Below, piece by piece: positions 29,218 through 39,317 of a stretch of DNA of 64,000 nt (position 1 is the stretch's first letter; each line of letters starts with the position of its first letter). The translations under genes were made by a program, and so were the position numbers. Origin of the DNA: an uncultured Methanomassiliicoccales archaeon (GTDB taxonomy: Archaea; Thermoplasmatota; Thermoplasmata; Methanomassiliicoccales; CAZOLG01); NCBI GenBank assembly GCA_964580935.1, contig CAZOLG010000001.1, positions 116,982-180,981 of the forward strand. The letters are read 5' to 3'. The notes beneath the pieces were generated by a model. That model was not told the DNA's origin. It ran no database searches and saw only the letters and a program-made list of their open reading frames with translations.

Positions 29218-30117
29218 TCACTTTCGAACCAGGCTCTGACCATTTGAGGCCAGCTTCTTCAACAACCTCTTCCCCGTCCAGCCGCACAGGAACGGAATGG
29301 GTGGTAACAGGTAGGCTACCGAGCCCAGAAGCGCCATCACTTTCTTACCAGTCTTCATGACATCGATCTTGCTCACGATGGGGTCGTGCATATCGACCTC
29401 TTTAACAAGACCGAAAATAGATTTGAGGATCAGCACGTCAGAAGCAAGCACTACATCGATGCTCCAGTTGATCCACATCTCCAATGGCATACGACTCCCT
29501 TTGGCATCGGTGGTCCTGTTCTTGATCGACCTCCGTAGATCCTCGGCGCTCTCCCCCTCGAACAAGGTGTGAGCGTATGCAAGGGTGTTGATGGCATGAG
29601 AGTCACTACCTCCCAGTTTGGCCCATCTTTCGTCGCTACCTAACTCCAGGGCTTTAGAATTGGCGTAACCATCGATATGACCCGCGTTCAGCACTTCGAT
29701 GGCATCCAGGTCCAGTGACTCTATTTTCTCTCCCAGGCTGGGACAGTGAAGACTGAAAGGATGCGGGGCCACAGCGAGACCGCCCTGGTCCCTGATCAAG
29801 TCCACCGTCTCTTCAGCGGGGAGGTCTCTTGGAACCCTCTCGTTCAGATAAAGGCCTATTATTTCTCCGTCCAGGGTGCTGATCTCCTCTCCGATCACCA
29901 CCTCTGTGCCCGGGAATTCATCTTCGAATTCCTTCGCCTTGAAGGCCCCCTCTAGAGTGTTGTGATCGGTGATGCATACAACATTGAGTCCCAGAGAGTG
30001 TGCATTCTTGACGACGTCCTTGGGTTCAGAGATAGACTCCGGGAACCTCAAGAATCCCAGTCTACCAATACCTGAATATTTGGTGTGAACGTGGGTGTCA
30101 GCTCTGGAATTCATCAT
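29218..30117 (-). CDS. PHP-domain metallophosphoesterase
   Basis: DTHVHT, ITDHN, GEE, PHPF, GGSDSH; SD AGGAGA before ATG 30117. Confidence 0.85.
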   Translation of the reverse strand: MMNSRADTHVHTKYSGIGRLGFLRFPESISEPKDVVKNAHSLGLNVVCITDHNTLEGAFKAKEFEDEFPGTEVVIGEEISTLDGEIIGLYLNERVPRDLPAEETVDLIRDQGGLAVAPHPFSLHCPSLGEKIESLDLDAIEVLNAGHIDGYANSKALELGSDERWAKLGGSDSHAINTLAYAHTLFEGESAEDLRRSIKNRTTDAKGSRMPLEMWINWSIDVVLASDVLILKSIFGLVKEVDMHDPIVSKIDVMKTGKKVMALLGSVAYLLPPIPFLCGWTGKRLLKKLASNGQSLVRK

Positions 30118-30303
30118 GATTGAAATCTCCTTCTCTGATAAATATTGTTCGCCCACGATTTTGTCGAGAGTATTCCGAGTTTAACGTTTGTAATATAATA
30201 CGGGTATAGTGAGCTGTTTCCAGTATTCTGTTGTTCGATATTAATGGAGCCAATAGATAGTATATAAATAAGCGGGGTGGGATGTTTTATATGGGGTCAA
30301 TAT

Positions 30304-30417
30304 TCACTGAAGGACCATGTCCTGGCCACAGCACACTAATGTGCCCACTCCAGCTTCCATTACTTTGACCACGTTACCACAGATTTCACATTCATAAACT
30401 TCTCCAGTTTCCGTCAA
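30304..30417 (-). CDS. Desulforedoxin (37 aa; not in the ORF track)
   Basis: Manual translation from TTG after [46 protein letters not shown], with the CxxC...CC pattern. Confidence 0.9.
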   Translation of the reverse strand: MTETGEVYECEICGNVVKVMEAGVGTLVCCGQDMVLQ

Positions 30418-30509
30418 ATTAGGCCTCCTTCTTCACCTTAGTATATACTAGTTTTTATTTCTTTTCTACCCACCAATGGTTTGCAGCCCGGTGAGTTTCA
30501 TTATCGTGG

Positions 30510-31688
30510 TTAGTCCCTCCCCCTTATCTTAGAAGCGATTTCCTTGCCGTATTCGATGCACTCCTCCTTAACTTCCTGATGAGGGACGTACTTCACCTCA
30601 AAGTCCTCAAGAGGCATATCCAACCCTCCCAGTTCCATGTTCTTGCGCACCTCCTTGACCGCTCCACCGCCCCAACCATATGAACCGAAGGCAGCTCCCA
30701 ACCTTCCTTTTGGCCTCAACCCTCTCATGTAGATCACGAAGTCGGCCACATCAGGGAATATACCGTTATTGAGGGTGGGTGAGCCGACGACCACCGCGCT
30801 GGCGTCCAGGATCTCCTTCATGATGACGCTCCTGTCGCTGTCAGAGACTCTGTAAACCTGCACCTCTATATCCTCGGTGGCGATTCCCTCTGCTATGTTT
30901 CTGGCCATGGTCTTGGTGCTTCCCCACATCGTGTCATAGACCACCACCGCTTTATCCTTGGTCTCTCCATTTGCCCAGGAGATATAGGCCTGCACTATCT
31001 TGTCGATCTTGCTCCTCCAGATAATGCCGTGAGAGGTGGCTATCATCTCAATATCAAAGTCCTTAACTTTGTCCAGTGCCTTGAAGAACATCTTGTTGAA
31101 GGGCATGAGTATGTTTGCGTAGTACTTCGCAGCTTCGTACATGAGCACGGATTCATCGACCTGATCGTCAAACCTCTGGAGCGAAGCATAATGCTGTCCA
31201 AATCCATCCATCGAGAACAACACTGAATTTTCCACCAGATATGTGAACATCGAGTCCGGCCAGTGGAGCATAGGCGTCTCTATGAAAGTCAAAGTTCGGT
31301 CACCAGTGCCTATTTTATCGCCCTCACTTACCGCGCGAGTGTCCAAAGCTGGGAAGTGTTCGCTAAGGCCCTTCACTCCCTTCTCAGAGGCCACTATCTC
31401 CGCACCGGTGAGCTCCTGTGTCTTCAGAAGACTGCCTGAGTGGTCCATTTCCACATGGTTGGAAACGATGAGGTCTATTTCTTCCGGCGGTACCACCGAT
31501 TCTATCCTGGAGACCATCTGATCGAAAAAAGGTTCCTTTACCGTGTCCACCAATACCGTTCTCTCGTCTGTAATAAGGTAAGAATTGTACGAAGTACCCC
31601 GGGGAGTGCTGTAACCGTGAAAATTCCTGATGTCCCAGTCAATAGCTCCTACCCAGTAAACATCCTCAGCGATCTTCAGCCCTTTCAT
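30510..31688 (-). CDS. fprA: Flavodiiron protein (FprA, A-type flavoprotein)
   Basis: GTSYNSY, NHVEMDHSG, HWPDSM, SHG, flavodoxin motifs TMWGST and FGSYGWGG. Confidence 0.95.
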   Translation of the reverse strand: MKGLKIAEDVYWVGAIDWDIRNFHGYSTPRGTSYNSYLITDERTVLVDTVKEPFFDQMVSRIESVVPPEEIDLIVSNHVEMDHSGSLLKTQELTGAEIVASEKGVKGLSEHFPALDTRAVSEGDKIGTGDRTLTFIETPMLHWPDSMFTYLVENSVLFSMDGFGQHYASLQRFDDQVDESVLMYEAAKYYANILMPFNKMFFKALDKVKDFDIEMIATSHGIIWRSKIDKIVQAYISWANGETKDKAVVVYDTMWGSTKTMARNIAEGIATEDIEVQVYRVSDSDRSVIMKEILDASAVVVGSPTLNNGIFPDVADFVIYMRGLRPKGRLGAAFGSYGWGGGAVKEVRKNMELGGLDMPLEDFEVKYVPHQEVKEECIEYGKEIASKIRGRD

Positions 31689-31841
31689 TATACCACCAAC
31701 AGGATATACGTGCCCCCTACACTTATTGTTTACTCCACTCGATAAGCCTGATCCTTCCTCCTCACTTCCCCGCCAACGGGTCTCTCGTTTCGACTCTGGA
31801 GCAATTAGATTTTTATATCCGAATTTGAATGAAACGGGTCA

Positions 31842-32453
31842 ATGGGACTCATTGAATGGGGAGCACTGTTGATCAAGGATATCATATCCACAATGGGGTA
31901 TCCCGGCATCGTCTTTCTGATGGGGCTGGAGAGCGCCTGCATGCCCGTTCCCAGTGAGATCGTACTACCCTTCGCTGGATGGCTGGCATACGAAGGTAAA
32001 ATGGACGTGATATTGATATCCCTTGCGGGGACTCTCGGCTGTACTCTCGGTTCCCTGGCTGCTTATTTCGCTGGTTTCTACGGGGGGAGACCGTTCATCT
32101 CCAAGTACGGCAAGTATATCTTCCTCAACGAGTCCCACATCGAGACGGCCGAAAAATGGTTCTCTAAATACGGAGATAAGGCAGTATTCTTCAGCCGGTT
32201 GTTGCCCATAATCCGTACCTTTATCTCCCTTCCCGCGGGGATAGCTAAGATGGATCTCACCCGATTCACCATTCTCAGTACCATCGGTTCCTTTCCCTGG
32301 TGTCTTGCCCTTGCATATGCAGGTCTGGTGCTGGGACCTGAATGGGAGAACATCATCGCGATCTTCGAGAAATTCCAGATACTGGTGGTGGTGGGTATAG
32401 CCGTCTTCGTTGTCTGGTACGTGTTCAGGGGTAGACTGAAGTCTCATTCGTAG
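31842..32453 (+). CDS. DedA family membrane protein
   Basis: LESACMPVPSE, FSRLLPIIRTFISLPAG. Confidence 0.92.
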   Translation: MGLIEWGALLIKDIISTMGYPGIVFLMGLESACMPVPSEIVLPFAGWLAYEGKMDVILISLAGTLGCTLGSLAAYFAGFYGGRPFISKYGKYIFLNESHIETAEKWFSKYGDKAVFFSRLLPIIRTFISLPAGIAKMDLTRFTILSTIGSFPWCLALAYAGLVLGPEWENIIAIFEKFQILVVVGIAVFVVWYVFRGRLKSHS

Positions 32454-34210
32454 TAATATTCGCCCTTCGATTTCTGTTCCTTGTCCAGACGAGAATCAGG
32501 TTTGTTGATACGAGGCCTCTTGGTCTGATTGTCTCTCCTGAAGGTGATGTCCACGTTCTCGAGGAACATGTTCATTCCCGTACGGAGGTCGAAGGGCCCC
32601 TCTCCCGTTCCGTGTTTACCCGGCTCCCCGTGGAACACCATCATCGAATCGGAGACCATGTCCAGGAAATACATATCGTGGTCCACCACCAGCGCACTGT
32701 GTTTACGCTTCTCCATCACCCGCCTTATGGTCTTGGCTACCTCCATCCTCTGGTATGAGTCAAGATAGGCCGAAGGCTCATCGAGCAGGTACAGATCAGC
32801 CTCTCTGGCCAGACACAGGGCCACTGCCACCCGCTGGAGTTCCCCCCCAGAGAGATTTGATATTCGCTTCTGTAACAGATATTTCAGGGAGAGGGGCTGT
32901 GCTATCTCGCTATCGAAGAAACCCGATCTGAAGAAGTCTTGCGCCTGGTCCTGAAACAGGTCTGTGACCGTGCCCGAGTAATCGGAATCTATGTACTGAG
33001 GCTTGTAGGACACGACGACCTTGCGTTCCATAGAACCTTCTGAAGGCTCCTCCACCCCGGCCAGCACCTTAACGAAAGTGGTCTTCCCTATAGCGTTCGG
33101 CCCCACCACCCCCCCCGTTTCACCCGAGTTGATCTTCCCGGGTTCCACCTCAAGCGTGAAGGTGGGATATTCAACTGTCAGATGATCGAACTTGATCAGT
33201 GTCGAACCTCCCCACTGGTCCCTCGGAGGCCGTGATTCGAATTCGATTGAAGTCTCTCTGAACCGGATGTTCTCCTCCCTAAGGTATCCATCGAGGTATG
33301 CGTTGATGGCCGCTCTAACCTTCCTCGGATGGGCGAAGACACCGAACGCGCCTTCGGTACCGTAGACCAAATAGACATTATGGGCCAGGAAGTCCAGTAT
33401 AGCCAGATCGTGTTCTATGACCACCACCTGTTTCTCCTGGCTGAGATCATTGATCACCTTGGCAACTTTGATCCTCTGGTGTATGTCCAAGTAAGAAGAG
33501 GGCTCATCGAAGAAGTAAACATCTGAATCTTTGGCCAGGGTGGCCCCAATTGCCACCCTCTGAAGTTCCCCCCCAGATATGTTTCTAATGTCCATATCCA
33601 CTGCCCCTTCAAGATCTAGCAGCGACACGATTTCTTCTACCGACAGTCTTTCCGCCACCTCCTTCAATAGATCTCTCACCATACCAGAGTGTTCTTGTGG
33701 CAGTTTGTCCACATACTGTGGTTTCATCGCCGTACTGATGGACCCTGTGTAGAGGCTCTCCAGGTAGTTATGGAGCTCGGTCCCTTTGAAATGCTCCAGG
33801 ACCTCTTCTCTGGACGGCGGTTCTTCGTACTCTCCCAGGTTGGGAATCTGGTCCGCAGAGAGAAGTTTAATAGCCGTAGATTTACCGATACCGTTCTGAC
33901 CCAGTATGCCCGTTACCAACCCCTCCTTGGGGACCGGCAGTCTGTACAGTCGAAAGTCGTTCTTACCGTACTGATGGACCAATTCACCCTCGAGTTCTTC
34001 GGGAAGTCCGATGATCTTGATGGCCTCAAATGGGCATTTGTTAACGCAAATACCGCAGCCCACGCACAGCTCTTCCGATACGTTCGGCTTTCCGTCCTCC
34101 CCCTGAACGATCACCTCTACCCCAGTTCTTACTTTGGGACAGTACTTGATGCATTCAAGATTGCATCGTTTAGGTTGGCATCGGTCTTTTAGGACTACCG
34201 CTATTCTCAT
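32444..34210 (-). CDS. rli: Ribosome recycling ATPase ABCE1/RLI
   Basis: N-terminal Fe-S domain, two ABC domains with SGGELQR, ITFRRD...RPRINK. Confidence 0.96.
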   Translation of the reverse strand: MRIAVVLKDRCQPKRCNLECIKYCPKVRTGVEVIVQGEDGKPNVSEELCVGCGICVNKCPFEAIKIIGLPEELEGELVHQYGKNDFRLYRLPVPKEGLVTGILGQNGIGKSTAIKLLSADQIPNLGEYEEPPSREEVLEHFKGTELHNYLESLYTGSISTAMKPQYVDKLPQEHSGMVRDLLKEVAERLSVEEIVSLLDLEGAVDMDIRNISGGELQRVAIGATLAKDSDVYFFDEPSSYLDIHQRIKVAKVINDLSQEKQVVVIEHDLAILDFLAHNVYLVYGTEGAFGVFAHPRKVRAAINAYLDGYLREENIRFRETSIEFESRPPRDQWGGSTLIKFDHLTVEYPTFTLEVEPGKINSGETGGVVGPNAIGKTTFVKVLAGVEEPSEGSMERKVVVSYKPQYIDSDYSGTVTDLFQDQAQDFFRSGFFDSEIAQPLSLKYLLQKRISNLSGGELQRVAVALCLAREADLYLLDEPSAYLDSYQRMEVAKTIRRVMEKRKHSALVVDHDMYFLDMVSDSMMVFHGEPGKHGTGEGPFDLRTGMNMFLENVDITFRRDNQTKRPRINKPDSRLDKEQKSKGEYYYE

Positions 34211-34266
34211 CGACTGAGCAATATGGAAGCTCCTTATAAAAGTGATTGTGAGAAACGGTTAGTCAG

Positions 34267-35763
34267 CTAAATCAGTCTGATCTTCTGCTCAATATCTTCA
34301 ATCATGGGTTCAGAATTCAGCTCCGCATATCCCAGGTAGTTGGTGAGCTCGTCGAGGCTGAACCGACCGCCCCAAGCCCAGATCTCAGAAAGGAAACTGT
34401 GGGCACCAGGATCCCAATACCATCGCTCACCGTATTTATCTTCAAGAGTGGCGTTGAGTATTGATCCGAAGACGTGAGCTCTCAACCGATATACTGAGGA
34501 GAGGGGGAACATGGCCTTGGATAGGTGGGGGCCCGCCCGATGGTAGAAACCGAGATGTTCCTCCATGATCGATTCGTAGAGAGGGCCGTGCTCAGTCTCC
34601 AGGGCAGTTCCGTCATCGAACAGCTCAAGTTCGTACTCGACCTGTGCGGCCAGCTTCCGCAGTTGGAACAGTTTTCGCACGTGAAACAAGCGGTGGAATG
34701 CTTCTAATCCATCATCAAGCCCGAATTCACGTAGCCATTCCCTACTCCCGATGATGTTCTGGAACAGAAGACCGTAGCTGCTGGTGATGGACCAGTCCCC
34801 TAAGTACCTGAATGCGGGAGGGATATCTCTTGAAATCTGATTGAGGCTCAGCGTTCTGCCTGCTGCATCGAAAAGGGAAAGGTAGTCTTCGTAGCCGCCC
34901 ATCGGTCGTATCCCTGTGAATATCTGGCCGGGTATGGTAACTGGGATTGAGAAGGCCCGGGGCAGGCACCATTCGTCATCTGAACACAGGGTGACGCCGC
35001 TCATATGGGAAGCGTCAGCTCCCATCTTTTCCAACAGGGAAGTGATCGATTGCACCAGAGAATCTTCCCTGAACGTAGTATCAAAATCCGGCGCCCTGAA
35101 TAGGCGGAGAACATCGTGTTCTCTCAATTCATCCAAAGGCTTTCCCAGTTTCCTGGTGGCCAATTCATCCATACTATCCGCATAACCAGTCTTAGTCCTG
35201 TCCTGTATCAGATCGATGAGCTCCCTCACCCACTTCAGACTGGAGTCCATGGATGAGAAGACCAAATCAAGAAAGTCGGAGTATCCGAGCTCCTCACCGC
35301 CAATCCGATAGCCTCTGAGCCTATCCACCAGCAGAGGATTGAGCGAAGCGATCGTCCCCGCCCATTTATTGAACATTTCCTCCCTTTCCTTTTCTTTTTC
35401 CAAACAGGCTATCTCTGGTCTGGCAAAGAATAGAGGGATCTTTCTTGTCTTGTGACCAATTGTTGACTGGAAAAGGTGATTGAACGCTCTGTCAGTGGCA
35501 TAACTCACCTGAGCTGTGGGGTACTCATTCAGGAGATAATTGTGTAACTTGTTGGCAACCCTCCTCTCCTCCCCCCACATTTCCTTCCGCGCATGGTCCA
35601 ACTCGGCCACGAGAAAGACATCAAGAACATGTTTGTAACTGTTGAACACACTGTTGGTCTCTAGCCCTCTTTTCTCTCCGGTCACTACCGAGAGCCGTTC
35701 TCTGCGCAAGTCGGACAATAAGTCAGTGGTGCTTTGCTCTATCTCCTCCATATCCCGATTCAT
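34267..35763 (-). CDS. Peptidase M3/M32-like fold protein with apparently degenerate zinc ligands
   Basis: ELGYSDF, PRAF..PV..P, GGYEDY..LF, FRYLGD..IT..YG.LF, YG..W pattern; the expected HExxH position reads DAAGR. Confidence 0.55.
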   Translation of the reverse strand: MNRDMEEIEQSTTDLLSDLRRERLSVVTGEKRGLETNSVFNSYKHVLDVFLVAELDHARKEMWGEERRVANKLHNYLLNEYPTAQVSYATDRAFNHLFQSTIGHKTRKIPLFFARPEIACLEKEKEREEMFNKWAGTIASLNPLLVDRLRGYRIGGEELGYSDFLDLVFSSMDSSLKWVRELIDLIQDRTKTGYADSMDELATRKLGKPLDELREHDVLRLFRAPDFDTTFREDSLVQSITSLLEKMGADASHMSGVTLCSDDEWCLPRAFSIPVTIPGQIFTGIRPMGGYEDYLSLFDAAGRTLSLNQISRDIPPAFRYLGDWSITSSYGLLFQNIIGSREWLREFGLDDGLEAFHRLFHVRKLFQLRKLAAQVEYELELFDDGTALETEHGPLYESIMEEHLGFYHRAGPHLSKAMFPLSSVYRLRAHVFGSILNATLEDKYGERWYWDPGAHSFLSEIWAWGGRFSLDELTNYLGYAELNSEPMIEDIEQKIRLI

Positions 35764-35899
35764 GGATATTGAAGCTCATTGGATTTCCGAAATTTATCTA
35801 TTTCGTTAATCTTTCCGATGTTTGACAGCACCCCATCTTCAGGCATGGACCGATTCTTAAGTTTTAAATCCTACTTACTCAATTCGCATTCAGGTTGCT

Positions 35900-38128
35900 A
35901 TGGATAAGATATTGGTTTGTACGGCCTGGCCTTATGCTAATGGTGTCATTCATCTGGGACATGTAGCCGGTTCCCTGCTACCCCCAGACATTTTTTCCAA
36001 ATTTCATCGGTTGAAAGGAAACGACGTACTCATGGTGTCAGGATCGGATATGCATGGCACTCCAGTGACGGTCAGGGCAGAGAGGGAAGCCCTCACTCCA
36101 CTGGAGATAGCCAACCGTTATCACGAAATCAATCTGGAATCTATAGAGGATATGGACATTGATTACGACCTCTTTACCAAGACACACACCGATAATCATT
36201 TTGAGGTAGTCCACGATATCTTCCTTACTCTTCTGGAGAGAGACCATCTCTATAAGAAGGAAACATTCCAGTATTTCTGTGCAGCCTGCGATAGATTCCT
36301 CCCAGACAGGTATGTCGAGGGAGTGTGTCCCTACTGTGGGGCCGAAGAGGCGAAAGGAGATCAGTGCGATAACTGCGGGAAGACGTTCGAAGCCGGGAGC
36401 CTCCGGGATGTTGAGTGTACCAACTGCGGGTCTGCACCTGAGCTCCGGGAGACTGAACACTACTTCTTCCGCCTGAGTTCGTTTCAGGAGGAGCTACTCC
36501 GTTACGTGAGCGACAAGGCCCACTGGAAACAGAATGTCCTCAAGTTCACCGAGAACTGGCTTGAGGGCGGCCTGGAGGACAGGGCGATTACCAGAGACAT
36601 GACCTGGGGGGTACCCGTACCTCTCGAGGGGTGGGAGGATAAGGTAATTTACGTCTGGTTTGAGGCGGTCATAGGATATCTATCGGCTTCCATTGAGTGG
36701 GCTAAGCGGAAGGGAAGTCCTGAAATGTGGAAGGAGTTCTGGAAGAATCCAGATGCCAGACATTACTATTTTCTTGGCAAGGATAATATCCCCTTTCACA
36801 CGATCATCTGGCCCGCCATCCTGATGGGCTACGGGGGACTGGAACTTCCTTATGACGTGCCAGCCAACGAATTTCTCACCTTCAAGGGCGAGCAGTTCTC
36901 AAAGAGCAGAGGGGTGAGTATCGATATCCCAAGCGTTCTGAATAGGTTCGATTCGGACATCGTAAGGTACTATATAGCTGCCAACATGCCTGAGAACAGG
37001 GATGCCGATTTTTCGTGGTCTGACTTCGAGACCAGGGTCAATAACGAACTAGTGGCCACGTTGGGCAACTACTACCACAGAGTGATCAGTTTCATACAGC
37101 GCCACTTCGGAGAAGTTCCCCCTTACGCGGGAAGTGAGGGGGAGAGGCAAGAGGTGACCGATCGGATAGGGGAGACCAGAGAGATCTATGATAGAGAGCT
37201 CAGTGGGTGCCATTTTAAGAACGGGCTGAAGTCGATAATGGAACTGGCCAAGTTCGGAAACCAGTATTTCGACCGGGTGGCACCTTGGTCGCTTATTAAG
37301 GAGGACGAACAGAGATGCGGTTCAGTCCTAAACCTCAATTTGGAGATAGTGAAGGCACTCGCTGTTCTCTCCTACCCCTTCATGCCCCGTTCTTCCCGCG
37401 CGGTTTGGAAGATGCTCGGCTATAACTCTGATGTCGAAGAAGAGGGCTGGGGGGAGATGGAGGAACCCATTGTTGTTGGTCAATCACTATCGGAATCCGA
37501 ACCCCAGTTTTCAAAGGTCGAGATCAAGGAAGTTGAAGAAGATGAGGAGGATAATGTGTTTGGAGATATGGAAAAGCTGGATCTCAGAGTGGGCAAGATT
37601 ACCACAGTGAAGGAACACCCCAATGCGGATAAGTTGATCATACTGGAGGTTGACATCGGTAAAGAGATTGAACTAGTGGCCGGGCTCAAAGGTTATTACG
37701 GGAGAGAGGAACTGGAGGGCAAGAAGATCGTGGTGGTTTCAAACCTCCAGCCGGCAAGGTTGAGAGGAGTTCTTTCCCAGGGTATGCTCCTTGCCGCTGA
37801 GCGAGATGACGATGTGGTACTGTTGACCCCGGCTGGAGACGCCTCTCCCGGAGACAGGGTCAACAGCGGTATGTCCTCTTCGAACCAGGAAATCGACTTT
37901 TCGAGTTTCCAGGATCTGACAATGGTGGTAGGCAGTCCTACCCAGGATAAGAAACTCAACATAGGAAGAGAGGTGGAACTCAAGGATATAGCCGGACTGG
38001 AAGTCCCCAGAAAACTCGCTGTTTTCATGCCCTCTCCCGATGCCGGAATAGCCCTGCCCCTCTTCACCGAGGGCAAAGTGGCCATCACTGTGGATAGCGA
38101 GATCGGCGATGGAGCAGCTGTAAAATGA
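35900..38128 (+). CDS. metG: Methionyl-tRNA synthetase with C-terminal tRNA-binding domain
   Basis: AWPYANG..HLGH, zinc knuckle, GKDNIPFH, QFSKS, HPNADKL, SQGMLLA. Confidence 0.97.
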   Translation: MDKILVCTAWPYANGVIHLGHVAGSLLPPDIFSKFHRLKGNDVLMVSGSDMHGTPVTVRAEREALTPLEIANRYHEINLESIEDMDIDYDLFTKTHTDNHFEVVHDIFLTLLERDHLYKKETFQYFCAACDRFLPDRYVEGVCPYCGAEEAKGDQCDNCGKTFEAGSLRDVECTNCGSAPELRETEHYFFRLSSFQEELLRYVSDKAHWKQNVLKFTENWLEGGLEDRAITRDMTWGVPVPLEGWEDKVIYVWFEAVIGYLSASIEWAKRKGSPEMWKEFWKNPDARHYYFLGKDNIPFHTIIWPAILMGYGGLELPYDVPANEFLTFKGEQFSKSRGVSIDIPSVLNRFDSDIVRYYIAANMPENRDADFSWSDFETRVNNELVATLGNYYHRVISFIQRHFGEVPPYAGSEGERQEVTDRIGETREIYDRELSGCHFKNGLKSIMELAKFGNQYFDRVAPWSLIKEDEQRCGSVLNLNLEIVKALAVLSYPFMPRSSRAVWKMLGYNSDVEEEGWGEMEEPIVVGQSLSESEPQFSKVEIKEVEEDEEDNVFGDMEKLDLRVGKITTVKEHPNADKLIILEVDIGKEIELVAGLKGYYGREELEGKKIVVVSNLQPARLRGVLSQGMLLAAERDDDVVLLTPAGDASPGDRVNSGMSSSNQEIDFSSFQDLTMVVGSPTQDKKLNIGREVELKDIAGLEVPRKLAVFMPSPDAGIALPLFTEGKVAITVDSEIGDGAAVK

Positions 38129-38784
38129 GGGCAGATCTGCACATCCATTCAGAATACTCTGGAGATTGTTCCCAGTCAGTGGAAACAATTATCAGCGAGG
38201 CGACCAGCAAGGGGTTGGGGGCGATAGCGATAGCCGACCATAATTCGCTGAAGGGAGCATTGAAGGCCATAGAGAGAACAGATGATTTGATCGTTATGCG
38301 AGGGATGGAGATCACTTCCCACGGCGGCCATATACTGGCCTACAATACTGATCGCCCGATTCCCAGGAACCTGGCGGTGGCAGAGACCGTCGACCTCATC
38401 CACGAAGCGGGGGGCATCGCCGCTGTGGCCCACCCATACAGGTTCTGGTCAGGACTGGATGAGGACGATATCAGGGGGAATGAGTTCGATGCCTTGGAGG
38501 TGATCAGCGGAAGGTCTTCAGTCTCCACCAACCATAAGGCTGCCAGGTTGGCCAACGACCTGAGGAGCCCCCATATCGGTGGCTCTGACGCACATTCTCC
38601 TGGAAACATAGGAAGAGCTGCCACTATCTTTCCTGACGATTGCCGGACTGCCGAAGATATGGTCGACGCTATACGTATGGGTAAGACTATGGCTGTAGGA
38701 AATGGTCGTAGCAACCTGGAGGCAGTATCGTCGGGCCTGAAATGCATCAAGGAATGGTTTCAGAGAGGGATGAAGAGCATTTAG
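38125..38784 (+). CDS. PHP-domain metallophosphoesterase
   Basis: DLHIHS, ADHN, AHPY, GGSDAH. Confidence 0.88.
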   Translation: MRADLHIHSEYSGDCSQSVETIISEATSKGLGAIAIADHNSLKGALKAIERTDDLIVMRGMEITSHGGHILAYNTDRPIPRNLAVAETVDLIHEAGGIAAVAHPYRFWSGLDEDDIRGNEFDALEVISGRSSVSTNHKAARLANDLRSPHIGGSDAHSPGNIGRAATIFPDDCRTAEDMVDAIRMGKTMAVGNGRSNLEAVSSGLKCIKEWFQRGMKSI

Positions 38785-39140
38785 AGAATCCCCTTGAGTT
38801 TAGACACACTTCCTTCGATCTCATCCATTGTGAGAGGATCGTCCAAGTCTTTTTCAGTGGTCAAAGATACAAGATATTTAGTACCGATCTCGATGAGTAT
38901 TACATCTCTGTTGGTGAATTCAATTTTCACACAATCCAGATTCTCTTTCAATTCCGCGGACGTGGTTTCTGCAGCCCCAATAATAATCGCCACCATAGCG
39001 GCAAAAGTCTCGTGATGGCTACCGGATGGGGGATCTCCCACCAGACACCGTCCAGCCCTAGAAATGAGAGAGGCTTTGAGGACCATGTCTAACTCCTCAA
39101 GGCCGTTGAGAATATCTTTGACCTCCGCCCACTTGTCCAA
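38781..39140 (-). CDS. Roadblock/LC7 (MglB-like) domain protein
   Basis: ISRAG...ETFAAMVAIIIGAAET..EL pattern; 119 aa; AGGAGG SD before TTG. Confidence 0.8.
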   Translation of the reverse strand: MDKWAEVKDILNGLEELDMVLKASLISRAGRCLVGDPPSGSHHETFAAMVAIIIGAAETTSAELKENLDCVKIEFTNRDVILIEIGTKYLVSLTTEKDLDDPLTMDEIEGSVSKLKGIL

Positions 39141-39317
39141 GTTCCTTCCTCCTTAAGAATTTCTTTCCTTATCGCCTAAAGGGAATAAAAAGGTTTTTAT
39201 CGCCAATCAGAAATCTGGATGACTGGCAGCTATCCCATCGGGACACCTCTGGATGTTCAAGAGACTATTATTCGGCTTTCAGAAAATTTCTAATAATTAT
39301 ATGGAAATTGCCAATGG

